Positions 12,980 through 26,180 of a DNA stretch of 64,000 nucleotides are shown here, piece by piece. A program made the translations under genes and the position numbers. How positions within the stretch are numbered: position 1 is the first letter of the stretch; every line of letters starts with the position of its first letter. The notes under the pieces are model-generated. The model ran no database searches and had not been told where the DNA came from. It saw only the letters and a list, made by a program, of their open reading frames with translations. The DNA is from Octopus bimaculoides (Eukaryota), in NCBI RefSeq assembly GCF_001194135.2, contig NC_068986.1, positions 41,325,256-41,389,255 of the forward strand. Direction: 5' to 3'.

Positions 12980-13254
12980 TGCTATTATGTTAAATTGTCG
13001 TATGTCCAAATTGACCAAATGCAGTTTTTTGAATATTTATTTTTGCTTGCAATAGTCGGTTCTTTTGGTCAAACTACCATATCTCGAGCTGCTTCAGATG
13101 CTAAGATATCAAAAATAATCAAAGTGTAGTACGATTACCACGGTTTTGCTATGAAATGGTGAGACTATTATTTTGTTTTCTGAAAAAGCAACGTTTTGGA
13201 CTTAAAACACTTTTGCATAATAGCAACAAAGTATATTTAAATATATGTAGTTAA

Positions 13255-14490
13255 TTGCAAGCTACCGTGCATATGGTTGGGAACAATATCAGAGGAAGGT
13301 TAACAGGGAAAATAGCTTTTGTATGTGGAAGATGCATAGGTACAATAAATACCGAAAATGTACAGAAAATAGGCTCCATTAACTGCCAGTGGAGCTAGCT
13401 GGAGGTAGTAGATAGCTTCCATTGTCTAAGTGACTAAGTTAGTAGCGGAGGTAGATGCTCCAGAGCATAGCTGTGAAAATAAGATTAGTCAGGGCAAAGT
13501 TCAGAGAGCTCCTACCTCAGCTAGCAGCAAAGGGCCTCTCTCTCAGAGTGGAAGGCAGATTGTAGGATGCCTGTGTGTAAACAACTATGCTAGATGGCAG
13601 TGAAACATGGCAGCCAAGGACGTGCATAAGCTTGAAAGGAATGGAACCAGTATGCTTCGTTGGATGTGCAATGTCAGTGTGCATGCTCAACAGAGTGTAA
13701 ACATCTTGAGATAAAAGTTAGGCATAAGAGGCATCAGATGTGATGACTGTGTAAGAGAGATGACTGTGCTGGTATGGTCATGTGATGTGTATGGATGAGG
13801 ATATCTGTGTAAACAAGTGCCGAACTCTGTGTAGGGAAACTGTAGTAGAGGTAGACCCAGGAAGACCTGGGACGAGGTGGTGAAGCATGATCTTTGAACT
13901 TTGGGCCTGACAATGACTGGTGACTGAGACCTTTGGCGATATGCTGTGCTTGAGAAGACTTGTCAAGCCAAGTGAAATCATAGTTCTGGCTGATGCTGGT
14001 GTTGCATATCTGGCATCTGTGCCGGTGGCATGTAAAAAGTGCCTTTCAAGCATTGGGCCTTATGGAGGCACAGTGGCTGAGCTTCTTTCGGGTGTTGGGC
14101 CTTGTGGAGGCACAGTGGCTGAGCTCTTTGCGAGTGTTGGGCCTTGTGGAGGCACAGTGGCTGAGCTCTTTGCGAGTGTTGGGCCTCACAGAGGCCAAGT
14201 GGCTGAGCTCCTTTTGTGCATTGGGCCTTACGGAGGAAAAAGTGGCTGAGCTCCTTTCGAGCGTTGAGCTTCACAGAGGCAATGACAAAGATCTTTGATT
14301 TTATGTCATGTTTGAGAAGACCCCATCAAACCGAGCAAAATCGCAGTCATGGCTGATACCTACACTCTTGAAGCAGTTAGCATTAGAAGGGACATCCAGC
14401 CGTAGAAACCATGCCAAATCAGATTGGAGTCTGGTGCAGTCTTCTAGCTTGCTAGCCCTGGTCAAACTGTCCAACCTAATGATGATGATG
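13255..14490 (+). mobile_element. 5'-truncated, decayed RTE-clade LINE (RT C-terminus, 3' UTR, (GAT)n tail)
   Basis: Fragments AKFRELLP...KGLSLRV.GRL...MLDGSETW...LERN...MLRWMCNVSV and RPRKTWDEVVKHDL..LGLT; ends in aatgatgatgatg near 14480-14490. Confidence 0.85.
14040..14290 (+). repeat. 42-bp minisatellite, about 6 copies, in the RTE 3' region
   Basis: ttgggcc anchors at 14053, 14095, 14137, 14179, 14221 and a diverged copy at 14264. Confidence 0.9.
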
Positions 14491-17099
14491 AATTGCAATT
14501 GTGACTGTAATAAAAATAATGCCATCAACATTAATGAAAATTACTTTCAAGAGACAAGGGAGAGAATTCATGTGACCAGAAATTAGATTTATTAGTCGGT
14601 ATTCAATTATGTTCTTCACTGGAAAAGATCATAAATGCAAGTATATATTGTGTGTGCGTGTGTGGAAATATCTAAATCTTATTTGTTCATCATCATTGCT
14701 TTATATCCATTGCTTATGCTGGCATTTGCTTGATGGATTCACCACAGTCTTACTATGAAGTTCCTGCCATCAAAAATAGGTTAGAGAACATGTCTCACTT
14801 GTACATTCCATTTTTGGCAAGGCTTCTTATGGTTGGATACCCTACCTAATTACCCACTAATTTACGGTGTGCTGGGTACATTTTATCATGACACTAGCAC
14901 TAGACAGCTTTTCTTGTCATCCTTATGTTGTCGCTGTTCATTTGTCCATCACTTTGCAGAGTGTACTGAGTGCATTCTACTGCAACACAATTAAAGAGAA
15001 CCTTCTACTCTGTCTCCATTCATTCAAATCAGCATGATTAAGAAGCGGCTGATGAAAGTGAGATAACTAGAATCAGAGAGTGGTATAAGAGAAAGTATAA
15101 CAAGAGGAAACAGAAATAGGGGCAAAAGGGTGATAGATGAAGAATTGATGGAAGAGACAGTGTTTGATAGCTACATGCTTGTTGTTAATAATGAGATTGA
15201 ATAGATAGAAAAACAAGATTTAGAGTGATAAGATGGAGACAGGATGATCATGGAATTCTTACCTACTCATTTCCTATTTATCAAGTGTGTCAGTTTCCCT
15301 AATGGTTAAAGAGTTCTGTTTTTCATACTTAAGTAATTACAAATTTTACTTTGAGGTTATTCAATTTGAGGTTTTGCTTCCATGTTCAAAATTTCTTCTC
15401 TAAAACTTCTACATGAATTAGATCCACAGCATACTGAAGTTTCCGTTCATAGTTGGTCATAACTCCTCTGTTATGATCCAGAAGACTTAAGTGAACAAGA
15501 CAACCATGCCCTGATGGACCCTACCCATTTGTTAAATTTAGCACTGAACATATTGATAATTCATACTTTGATGACTGCACCTCTGTATATGGTGTCTTAC
15601 ATGGCTCTCATAATCCATTTATCTATTGCTGTTTTCTTTAGCAACCATCACATTACAGAACATGGAACCCAGTCAAATACTTTCTCCATGTTGATGTGTG
15701 TTAGATATAGTGTTTTACTCTTAGCTAAATACTTTTATAGTTGTCTCACTCGAGAAATAGCATTAACAGTATATCTTTCTAATCTAAAACCAAATTGGGT
15801 CTCATCCTAAGTCTATTTTTAATCAGTTATGCTGAAGCTCTGCCATTAATTTTTATAATCTGATCCATTAATTTGATGCTTCAAGTTGTTGCTTTTCTGT
15901 AGTGCATCTCCTCTATTTGCTGACATTAATACCACTATACTAATAATTAGGTATAACGCCTCTCTGTACTATCAGGTTGACTATGTAAATGACTAGCTGA
16001 TGACATGTTTTACTGGATAGATGTTTTAAGCATCTCAATGGTTGTTCCTGATGTTTCAGCTGCCTTCCATGTTTTCATATTCTTAAACTCCCCTTACAAA
16101 TATAATACTGTCAACTTCAATGGCTGGTCCAGTGGCTACCTCTAGGACATCTTCTGTTGGATGTACTTGGAATAGACCTCCTTACATTCTACTCATTTAA
16201 CGCATGTGTGCATGCACATGCATGTACATATATAAAGATTTGCAACTCCTCTACCAGCAGTACTGCATCCAAAGCTAAGTGCCACCTCTGAGCTCCTGTA
16301 GAACTGTGTGAATGTGCATTATCAGGATCATTGTTTTATATAACAAGGAAATTATATCAGAGAGATTTACCTGTTAGAAATAGGTTTTGTTCTACTGCAC
16401 ACATTAAAAATATCAGTTGAATTTTAATAATGTAAAGGAAAAGCATTTCAACTTTAAAATGTTCTGCATTTAATTCCCTTTTGAGCTGGGGATGGACTGT
16501 TAGTACAAACTATACAATGAATGTCGGACAGTATGTTTATGGATATGGTTAGGAGTAATTTATGGAATATGTCAGATATAAATATAGGAAATAGAGACAC
16601 TGATGACAGCTCAGGATAACATTACATTTGAACAAAGCTGTCAGGCAAGTGTGAAAAAATATATACTGATGCAGATTTTATTTTGTAATGTATGTTCACT
16701 ATAAGAGATAGGTCATGAAAAAAACATTGTGCTAAAATAAGAAAACTTTTTTTTTTAAATATTAGCTTCTGAAAATTAATAGCGTAGGCTAATTATAGCT
16801 TTATTGATAGCAGTTTAATTACCTATTAATATGATGTCCTTCAAAACAACTAATTTGTACTAGAAATAGCTAATATATTTCTTTTTTTCCTTACACATTT
16901 AGCTTAATAAGCAATTTTGTTATATTAGTCTGCTTAAGTAGTTCCTTTAAAAAGGGGCTGTTTAAGGCTTTAATTTGAATGTTATGTTTTACACAGTGTC
17001 CATTTACTGGCTAGCAATTCATCTGAAGCACTCTTAGGTGGAACTAAAAAGAAAAAGAAAATAGCCATAGTCATAAATAATATATCCAATGCACTGATT

Positions 17100-17405
17100 C
17101 ATCATCATCATCATCGATTAATGTCCGCTTTCCATGCTAGCATGGGTTGGGCGATTTGACTGAGGACTGGTGAAACCGGATGGCTACACCAGGCTCCAAT
17201 CTGATTTGGCAGAGTTTCTACAGCTGGATGCCCTTCCTTATGCCAACCACTCTGAGAGTGTAGTGGGTGCTTTTACGTGCCACCCGCACCACACGAGGCC
17301 AGTCAGGCGGTACTGGCAACAGCCACGCTCAAATGGTGTATTTTATGTGCCACCCACACAAGAGCCAGTCCAGGGGCACTGGCAACGATCTCGCTCGAAA
17401 AGTCC
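17100..17405 (-). mobile_element. Family B SINE or short RTE-tail copy
   Basis: catcatcatc...ccatgctagcatgggttgg...ccaggctccaatctgatttggcagagtttctacagctggatgcccttcct is the reverse complement of the 38256-38457 copy and of the RTE tail at 14390-14490. Confidence 0.85.
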
Positions 17406-17549
17406 ATTGAGAATTATATTCAAATGTTGGGGCCAAATATAAACTGAGTTGGCAGCAATTGATTGTTAATTGTGATTCAAGTGATGTTAATACTAATGGT
17501 TATGGTAATGATCAAAAATGACCAAAACCTAACTTATTCTGTCAGTGAA

Positions 17550-17700
17550 TTTAGTTTATGGTTTGTAGATCTAGAAGGATTTTTTTGTTAAATAATTTTT
17601 GCTTGACCAGTTATCAGTCAAATGTCAATAGCTTTATTAGTTTTTCTACTTCAGGATATAAATAATCAGACATCATTCTAGTCAAATAATTTAATATTTT
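17550..17700. repeat. Diverged duplication, partner 20503-20667
   Basis: Shared ttttttgttaaataattt...agttatca.tca.atgtcaata.ctt.attagtttttct...agaca.cattctagt.aa.taatttaatattttt. Confidence 0.75.
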
Positions 17701-18490
17701 TCAAAAGAGAATTATCCAGCTTACCTACTTTCAGCTACAGCAAAGTTTCTTATTACTATTAATAATAATAATGATGCTAGAGAAACAGACTGGGTGTTAT
17801 ATAGTATCAAGTCTAATATCTCGTTGTTCAGAGATCAAATCTTGCCAAGGTCAATACAATAAATAAAAGTAATTTTGGGGGCTGAATGAACTATTTTATG
17901 CTTTCCTCTAAAAAAATTAAACCTGAGCTGACAATAATTGTGTAGATAAGTTATCACTGGTCTGGATTTACCAACAAAGTCCAATTGTTGAAACCATTTA
18001 ACTTTATGTCCATTTAAGTATGTCACCACGTGTTAAAGCATAATCATTAACCTTCCTCTTATCTTCTCTCTTGAGCATTTCTGACTTCATATGACTTGTA
18101 TAAGCTAAAATTATTGTTGTTAGTTTCTGTTATATTGCTCCAGTATTAAATAACCTATACACTGTGCCAAAATATATAAAAAGTTTGTTAGTCCTTTCAA
18201 AGCTTTGAGAATCTGAGAAATGTCAACAATTACAAATATGTTGCTCTGTATTGGTTGATTTTAACATTTGACATCTCTTAATCTAACTTTACAATCATAT
18301 CCTTTCCTCCCAAGGAATCATTTTACTTTTCATATCTCTCTCTTCACGTGATTCTAAGCAGTTTTCACATTGACATAATCATATAACATACGACTCTGTT
18401 TGGTTTCTTGGATGCCTGCTGACATCTCTAACTTGTTTTAAACCTTGATTCTAACAGTTCTGAATCTCTTTCACAGACTTGATTTACATT

Positions 18491-18653
18491 AGGTGCAGGA
18501 GTGGCTGTGTGGTAAGTAGCTTGCTTACCAACCACGTGGTTCCAGGTTCAGTTCCACTGCGTGGCACCTTGGGCAAGTGTCTTCTACTATAGCCTCGGGC
18601 CAACCAAAGCCTTGTGAGTGGATTTGGTAGACGGAAACTGAAAGAAGCCCATC

Positions 18654-18687
<34 letters not shown>

Positions 18688-18821
18688 NNNNNNNNNNNNN
18701 NNNNNNNNNNNNNNNNNNNNNNNNNNNNNNNNNNNNNNNNNNNNNNNNNNNNNNNNNNNNNNNNNNNNNNNNNNNNNNNNNNNNNNNNNNNNNNNNNNNN
18801 NNNNNNNNNNNNNNNNNNNNN

Positions 18822-18856
<35 letters not shown>

Positions 18857-19075
18857 TGATGATGTATATGTTTGTGTGTCGCTGTTTGTCCCCTCAACAT
18901 CGTTTGACAACTGATGCTGGTGTTTACGTCCCCATCACTTAGCAGTTCGGCAAGAGAGACCAATAGAATAAGTACTAGGCTTACAAAGAGTAAGCCCTGA
19001 TGTCAATTTGCTTGACTAAAGGCGGTGCTCTAGCATGGCCGCAGTTAAATGACTGAAATAAATAAAAGAAAAAGA
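18491..19075 (+). mobile_element. Family C tRNA-derived SINE with internal (TA)n and gap 18688-18821
   Basis: Head with A-box-like tggctgtgtgg and B-box-like ggttcagttcc; tail ggcggtgctc.agcatggccgcag...gactgaaa. Near-identical to 55031-55456. Confidence 0.9.
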
Positions 19076-19084
19076 ATAATACTA

Positions 19085-20480
19085 CTTTCATATCAATTCC
19101 TTGTTATTATCCAGCAGGAGTGCAGACATCAACATGCATATCCTCTTGCTAATGTCTGGAGGAATTAGCTGGACTCTGTCCCAGTTTTTAAAAAGAAAAT
19201 AAGTCACTTACCAGCTCAGTAAATTACTGTCTGATCTCACTAACTTCTCATTAACATATCTGAGAGGATGGTAAAATCAAAAATAGCTGCCTTTCAAGAG
19301 AAAAATCTACTTCTTTCTCCCTATTAACATGGATTTTGTGGTAACAGTGACTGCTTAAAACAGCTTTTCCATCACTTTGATATAATCTTAAATTCTCTGG
19401 GAGAGAGTTACAATACAGATGTCATTTATTTTGACATCAGTAAAGCTTTTAACAGTCGATCACTGAATGCGGCTGAAGAAATTATCCAACATTGGAGTCT
19501 ATATTAAGCTACTGTTGTGATTGATGGAATTTACTCAAAACCAGCTAAAGTCAATAGTGACGTCCAGCCCCACTCCACCATGTACTGTGTTAGGCCCACT
19601 TCTGTTTATAAAGTTACACAAATGACATTGGATATGCCATCAAAATAGCAAAAAAAGAAATTGTTGCAGATGACTGAGTTCCAGAAAGTCATCAAAGATA
19701 TATGTGACTGAACAGAACTCTAATTCAATCTATATGCTGTGATTTGATGGGTGAAAAACAACATACTGCTAAATGAGGAAACATTCAAGCCAATTCACTT
19801 TGGGAAAGGGAACATACTTAAACAGCTGTATTCTTTTCCCTTGGGTGAGCTCCTCAAAGCACCAAAAACAAAAAAAAAACATCAGAGACTTAGTTATAAC
19901 TGTGGACAGCAACCTAAGTTGTGGCACTTACATCAACAATTGACATAGCTTGCAGATTATGCTTATGGATCCCTTGAACTTACTGTTCCAGAGATCCTGA
20001 AACCATCATTCTTCTTTTCTCTGTTTGTCAAGTCACATGGGAACTGAAACACCCTGGCAATTGATCACAAAAGAAAGTGACATAAGTCTAGACTATTGGG
20101 ATTGCTTCAAGATGCTCAAACTTTTTTCTTTTCAATGCCACTGTGAGCACTACATTATTTGTAAAACCTAGAAAATATTCCATCAATGCCTATGCAAATG
20201 ATCCTAGCATAAATTTTATTGCAACATAGCAACACAACATTTTTGCCTCAGACAGTCCTGCTTTATTCAACATTATCCCAAAAGAAATTAATAAAGTAAA
20301 AGAGCTCATAACATTCAAATGGTACCTGGACAAATTCCACTAAAAAATACCAGATAAATCACTCACATCAGAGTAAACAACTCTCTGTTTGTGTAGGCTA
20401 TGATGTCCTAAAACATTACTTCAAAAACTATCTTAAATGGTGCTATAAGTTAGATATGGCCTGGCTAATAATGACTGAAA
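19085..20480 (+). mobile_element. Decayed CR1/L2-group LINE RT fragment
   Basis: DVIYFDISKAF (about 19419-19451), LGPLLF (about 19590) and an ADD-like motif near 19665, with many stops and frameshifts. Confidence 0.7.
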
Positions 20481-20754
20481 CCTAATTTATTGTGTCTGTG
20501 GGTTAGTTTACTATTTATAGACTCTAGAGGGTTTTTTTGTTAAATAATTTCAGCTAGTATAGTTATCATTCAGATGTCAATAACTTCATTAGTTTTTCTT
20601 GTCTATAACTACCTCAGTATATAAATAAAGAATAGACACCATTCTAGTAAAGTAATTTAATATTTTTTAACACTATTTTCCCTTTTTCATGCACATTAGC
20701 CAGATTTTTTTATGTACATGTTGAACCTCAATGGAAAAAAACAACTATTAAAAA

Positions 20755-20950
20755 CAGGTTGTTGTTCCACTCGTGATCTTTGATTGAGCAAACTTATAAG
20801 CAAAAAGCATTCCTGTCATAACAATTCCATCTTATTAGAGTATCTAGGTCTACATTACTCAGTGACTCCTCTCTTGTTTAAAATAATAGGGTGTGTTTTT
20901 AAAGAAATCCAGTTGCTATTTCTAGTAGTTTGAATGACCACGTTGGGTCT
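20755..20950 (-). mobile_element. Decayed SINE-like relic (family E)
   Basis: Reverse complement contains ctactagaaatagcaac...acaccct, resembling 59175-59220. Confidence 0.4.
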
Positions 20951-21891
20951 TTTGCTGGTTTGTAACTGCTTATATTTTCAACAATCAACAAAAGAATATC
21001 TTATTGAAGCAAAATTCTTTAGAAATTTCCAGAGCATCGTAATTCAGTGGCTTATTTGTTTCTTCTTACAAGCAAATATTTCCAATCTTGTTTGTCGTTT
21101 TATCATCCACCACAGGTTTCCTGAATATTAAGAGAATTTATAATTATATGGTGGCTTCCTACTTCATTTGTGATGTATTCAGTCTATTAACAATTGCCAT
21201 ACAATTATCATGCCTGGCATGTATTATGTGGCTTCTTATCACATGTGTTTTTGATCAACATTGTCATTCAAATACCTGGTTAGCATTCCTATGAAGATCA
21301 AAGCTTTTGTCTTATGTATTTAGGAATGTAACTTATCTGGAGTTGTTTTCGTCATTAAAAATTACTAGTTTAAGAAATCTAATTTGGCATTAAAAAAATC
21401 CAGTCTTACAAGCTAAATATTTTAATTGGATACGGGCAGACTTTGATGCAGGTGAATCTATCCTGACTCCTCCCTTACCAAAAACAATTTCTGAAGACTT
21501 TTGTGCTTTTTACTTTCTTTCTCATCTTTGTTGGTCTACTGTTTATTTACAGTAACTTTGTGGATACTCCCTCCTATCTACGGCTCAAGAATTTACCCTT
21601 ATATGTATGTCTACACCAGTCCACTTCATTGTTCAGTTGAATTCCCTTTACTGTGAAAACCACTTTCATCTTGAATAAACCAAGAGTTTCTCACCATTCT
21701 AGCATGTAACTTTTTCTATGTCTTAAATCATGTAGCCTTTTTTTTTAATGTTTATTAGAAATTTAATCATTTCAAATAGTTTCACAATCATATTTTTTTT
21801 TAAGATTTTCTTATGTTTTGCTTAAGTATATTTCATTAATATTCTTTTAATCCTTCAGCATTCAGATTACTCCAACAAATGCAATGCTTAT

Positions 21892-22489
21892 TTATTACCT
21901 CTGCCAAGGAAGGAGGTTGTTTTCATCGGCATTGGTTTGTCCTTGTGAACGGTATCTGATGAAACTTGCAGGAAAAGTTGGTAATGACACAAGGAACAGA
22001 TGATGAAATTTTGGTAGTGATCTGGGGAATTTTTATGGATTCTTGAAGGATTTGTTATATTTACTTTACATGAAGTATTACAATGTTACGTTCTTTGATT
22101 ATCTCCCTTGAAAACATGTTCATCGTTTCAATGTAACCTATGGTGGTGTTGTGTTTCCAAAGTTTATTTTTGTTTCTCTATTAGTAATTTTATTCGCGTT
22201 AAGTGTGTATCACTCAAGTTTTAGGTAATTGTCGTTTCTTTTTAGTTGTATGGTGAAACTAACTTGCTGTTGTCATTGATGTATTATAACTGCTTCAGAT
22301 GATTCAAATGTTTTTAAAGGGTTTTTTTAAAAAATCATATGGCTGTGTTATTTCTTTAAAACTCCGCCAAGGAGGTTATGTTTTATGCCGGTGTTGGTTT
22401 GGGAAATTTGGCGATTTTCAGCATGCATGTATATGTGTGGAAATGAGCTGCTTGGTGGAGGTCTGCACTCTCCGAGTGCTTTTCTAGTT
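21892..22489 (+). mobile_element. Helentron/HINE-like non-autonomous element with two 5' ends
   Basis: tacctctgccaagga (21896) and actccgccaaggaggttatgtttt (22361). Subterminal inverted repeat cttggtggag (22451) is followed by tgcactctccgagtgc hairpin and ctagtt. Confidence 0.65.
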
Positions 22490-25049
22490 CACATTGCTTT
22501 GAGTCAAGATTTCAGTGATGTGACTGTTTTTGAACGATATTGTAGGATAGATGTAAGAGGCTGGATCTTATTCTTATTTTGAATGTAAAATAATAGAATA
22601 TTTCAGGTCAGATATAGATGGTTTAAATACTTGCAGTCAGTTATCTTAAAAACTGAACTCTGTTGATTTTCCTTTGTATCAGTTATCTTTTCAGTTTAGA
22701 TTTAATATTACTTTTACTTCTCTCGTTGCTTAACTGAATATTCTATAATGAGTAAGTGTTGTAGAATTCAATAGGCACATTGTTAAAAGTCTTAGTTTGG
22801 GCAGTTTAGTTCAATTTCCTTATTATGGGTTAATTTCAGAAGTGCATTCAGTTTCAATAAGAAAATTCTTCTAACAAGTTTCCCTTATCTTCCACAGTAC
22901 CTTTTCATTTCATAATATTGTGGTAGATTTTCCTCCCTATTGTTCATTTTCAGATGTTATTTCTAAAATCTGTTCTCTCATCATTGCTATTTTCTATTGA
23001 ATTTGTTGCAGATGTTTCTGTTTGTTTCTCCCCTTTCCATAGACCAGTATTAAGTATCAAATGTTTGCATTCTTCTTAAATCTGCTGGCAATATCTCACA
23101 GATTTTGAACAGTCATGTGATGGTGTTTTGGAAACTCTTGGTTCCATGCCACTTTTAATCTGGTCATGAATACTCTGCCTTTTCTTCATTCATTTCCATC
23201 CTCAATACTGCAATATTTTTATATTAGTAGTTCATGTAATGTAATAGCTTCTATTATGTTTCTTTTGCACTAGTTTATTGGATTTTCTCTATTTCATCCA
23301 AGAGAACAACTATACTTCACAACTCTTCTCTAAATGTATGCATTATTATTAGTTGGCAGAAAGTTCATTACCTATTAAGTCCTGCCTCTCAACATTATGA
23401 GTTCAAATTCTGCCAAGATTATCTTTGCTTTTCAACCTATTGGCGACATTAAAATAAGTATGAGTAATAAATATACTGGCATCAAATCAGTCAATTACAC
23501 CCCCCTCCAGCAAAAATTAGCCTTGTCTCTAATCAAAAAAATTTCCATCCTTTATCATTACTACCATTTTTATTAATTTATTATTCCTATTTATAGTCAT
23601 TGTGCCTGTTTGTTTGCAAAAGAAAACAAATATCTATTTTACTAATAACTCTTACTTCTGATTTCTTATTTATTCATTTTTTTTTTTTTTTTTTAAATGC
23701 CCTGTAATGTTGTAAATATATTTTTGGTGACCTTGTAGCAATTAAATAAATCATCATTGTTGCTGTTGTAGGAACTCATCACTATCTTGAAATTTATGAA
23801 AGCTGTAGTAGTTCCCTCACTCTTTCTCTCTCTCTCTCTCTCTCACACATACACTTGCTCACCTACTCACAAATTTAGTGTTAACTTAACCAGTTCCAGT
23901 TTGGTTGTTAAGAGCATAAATTATTTAGACAGAAAATATGTAATAACTTTTTTCATTAATGTATCTTCTTTACTTAGTATCACTGATCCTGTTTCTAAAT
24001 ATGTGGTCATATGACTTGAACTCCATTTTAGGCACAGACATTTTGAGATTAAGTAAATGAATAAATATAGATGAGGATACTATTAAGATTTGACATCCAG
24101 AAATTACAGCTTAGAGTTTGCTCTATTAAAAATGCTTCAAAATTCTTTCCAATTAATCTCTTTTTCTCTTTCTCAATTTTGACTTATGACTAAAAAAATT
24201 TCCTAAAGCAACTGTTACCAAAATTGACAGGCTTGGGTGTTTTAAGGGCTAGAAAAGTTAACTCAAAATAGACGATATATAGCTAGACAATTTTCATCAC
24301 TTGGCTTGTGTTTCTGAGTCAATATCATCATCGTCTTTTGTAGCTAAAATAATAAATATTAGTTTTAATAAATAAATATTTAGTCACACTGTGAGTCTAA
24401 TTTCATGAACATGATTCCATATATTTATATATGAACACATGCTGTTATGATACTCTAATAATTAGTACCAATTTTAAACTTGTTAAGTTGTAAAATTAGC
24501 CCTTTCTCTAAGAGAAACAAGTTATATTGGTTTTTATATCTGTATGGATTGATGGTTACTAGAATTTTACATAAATTGTTGAAGTAGACATTTAAAAAAA
24601 TAGTTTGTTTATTTTTTTATAACATCCATAAATAGCTTTTGATAAACATTTCAAAGCTTTCATCGAACATGTTACTATTTCGTTTGACTCACAAGTATTG
24701 AAGAGTAACAGTTACAGATATCCTCTTATGTTGAATGCATGGTTGCTCTTTGATTCACAATCAAGATCATTTTGTTTCACTTAAGCTTTTAATACTTTTA
24801 ATATAATCATGATGACTCAGAAGTGGAGTATTTAATAGACACTTTTCATTATCTAGTTTCTTTTGATTTGATTGCATTTCCTTTATCTATAAGTGAATGG
24901 TATGTACCTCTTTGTATTAACTCTAATATTTTACAGGTACTCAATTTATTGACTCTGCCCTTGTGTCATACAAGGAAAATGTGGTTAGTTGTGTAACTGT
25001 GTGCCTTTCTCAAGGCTCTAAATAACATATATGAAGTAAAATTGCAACA

Positions 25050-26180
25050 ACCAGAAATCAAAATTGAATCACAGACACAACTCCACTTCTACACCATTAT
25101 TAGTAGACTTTAATCTACTAAATAACATTCTACCACATCTAACTTCATAATCATTTGGCAGACAATACAGTGAGTATAATAGTAGGAGATAAACTGACAG
25201 TAAACCAAGTCCACACCGACATATGGTGGGTGCAATACAAATTCATTGGAAGGGACTTGGATTTGGTGCAGGTCGGTTCAGACAGTTTGCTAGTTGCATA
25301 GTGAATGCAGATTTGTTAGCAATTGTCAAAACAAGGGGAACAGAGAGAGGAGAGCTTCATTTGATCCAATGTGCTCAAGGACAGATGACGAAATAGGAAG
25401 AACATGTTGTTGAGAGAAAAATAAGTTGGAATGAGATATGGAGGTGGACTACATCACAGCGAAGTTTTCTGATTCATTCATCTTATGATGTCTTGTCATT
25501 GCCTACAAATCTAGTAAGATGGCACATCTCAGAAAATGATATATACAAATGTGGAAAAGTCAGAACACTGAAACATATTCTTTCCAACTGTTCACTGGCA
25601 TTAAATAGATATACATGGAGACAGAATCTGGTTCTTAAGGTTATCTTCAATGCTATAAAGAACCAAATTGTTCTCATCAACAGTGAAAAAACCATTGAAA
25701 GTACCAAGCAGAGATTTCATTACTTTCATGCGCTCAGGACGACAGATCCATTTCAAGAAGAAACTTCCTATGAGCAATGAAAAGTGGAACGTCTTTTGGG
25801 AGGTGGCTGAAGATTTACCAGGGTGCTGAGGATTCTTTCCCATCCCAGTTACGAAAAAAATGGGTATTATAATGTGGTGTAAAAGAAAGAAAGTGGTAAA
25901 TCTAGTCGAGTTAACTGTTCCGCATGAAGATAATATGGATGCTGCTCGCTCTTGAAAGATTGACCATTATGTAAACCTCTTTGAGGTATGTGAAGACACA
26001 GGCTGGAAAGTGGAGCATTTTCCAATCGAAATCAGATGTAGAGGATTTGTTGGACACTGTTGTTATCATTAGACCTATCTCATCGTAAAGCAAATACCAC
26101 CATGAGCAATATCCAAACTACAGTGGAAAAAGCTAGCCACTGGATTTGGTTAAAAAGAGACAATGAGTGATGGCTAGAAG
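25050..26180 (+). mobile_element. HERO/R2-like non-LTR retrotransposon relic with restriction-like endonuclease
   Basis: LIHSSYDVLSLPTNLVRW, CGKVRTLKHILSNCSLALNRYTWRQNLVL (CCHC knuckle region) and VELTVPHEDNMDAARS*KIDHY..L...CEDTGWKVEHFPIEIRCRGFVG. Broken by stops and frameshifts. Confidence 0.8.

Noticed and set aside
14040-14290. CRISPR-like regular array
   Set aside because: Units are contiguous with no unique spacers, there are no cas genes, and the context is eukaryotic.
13920-14298. ORFs with 14-aa repeats on both strands
   Set aside because: By-product of the 42-bp minisatellite in a LINE 3' UTR.
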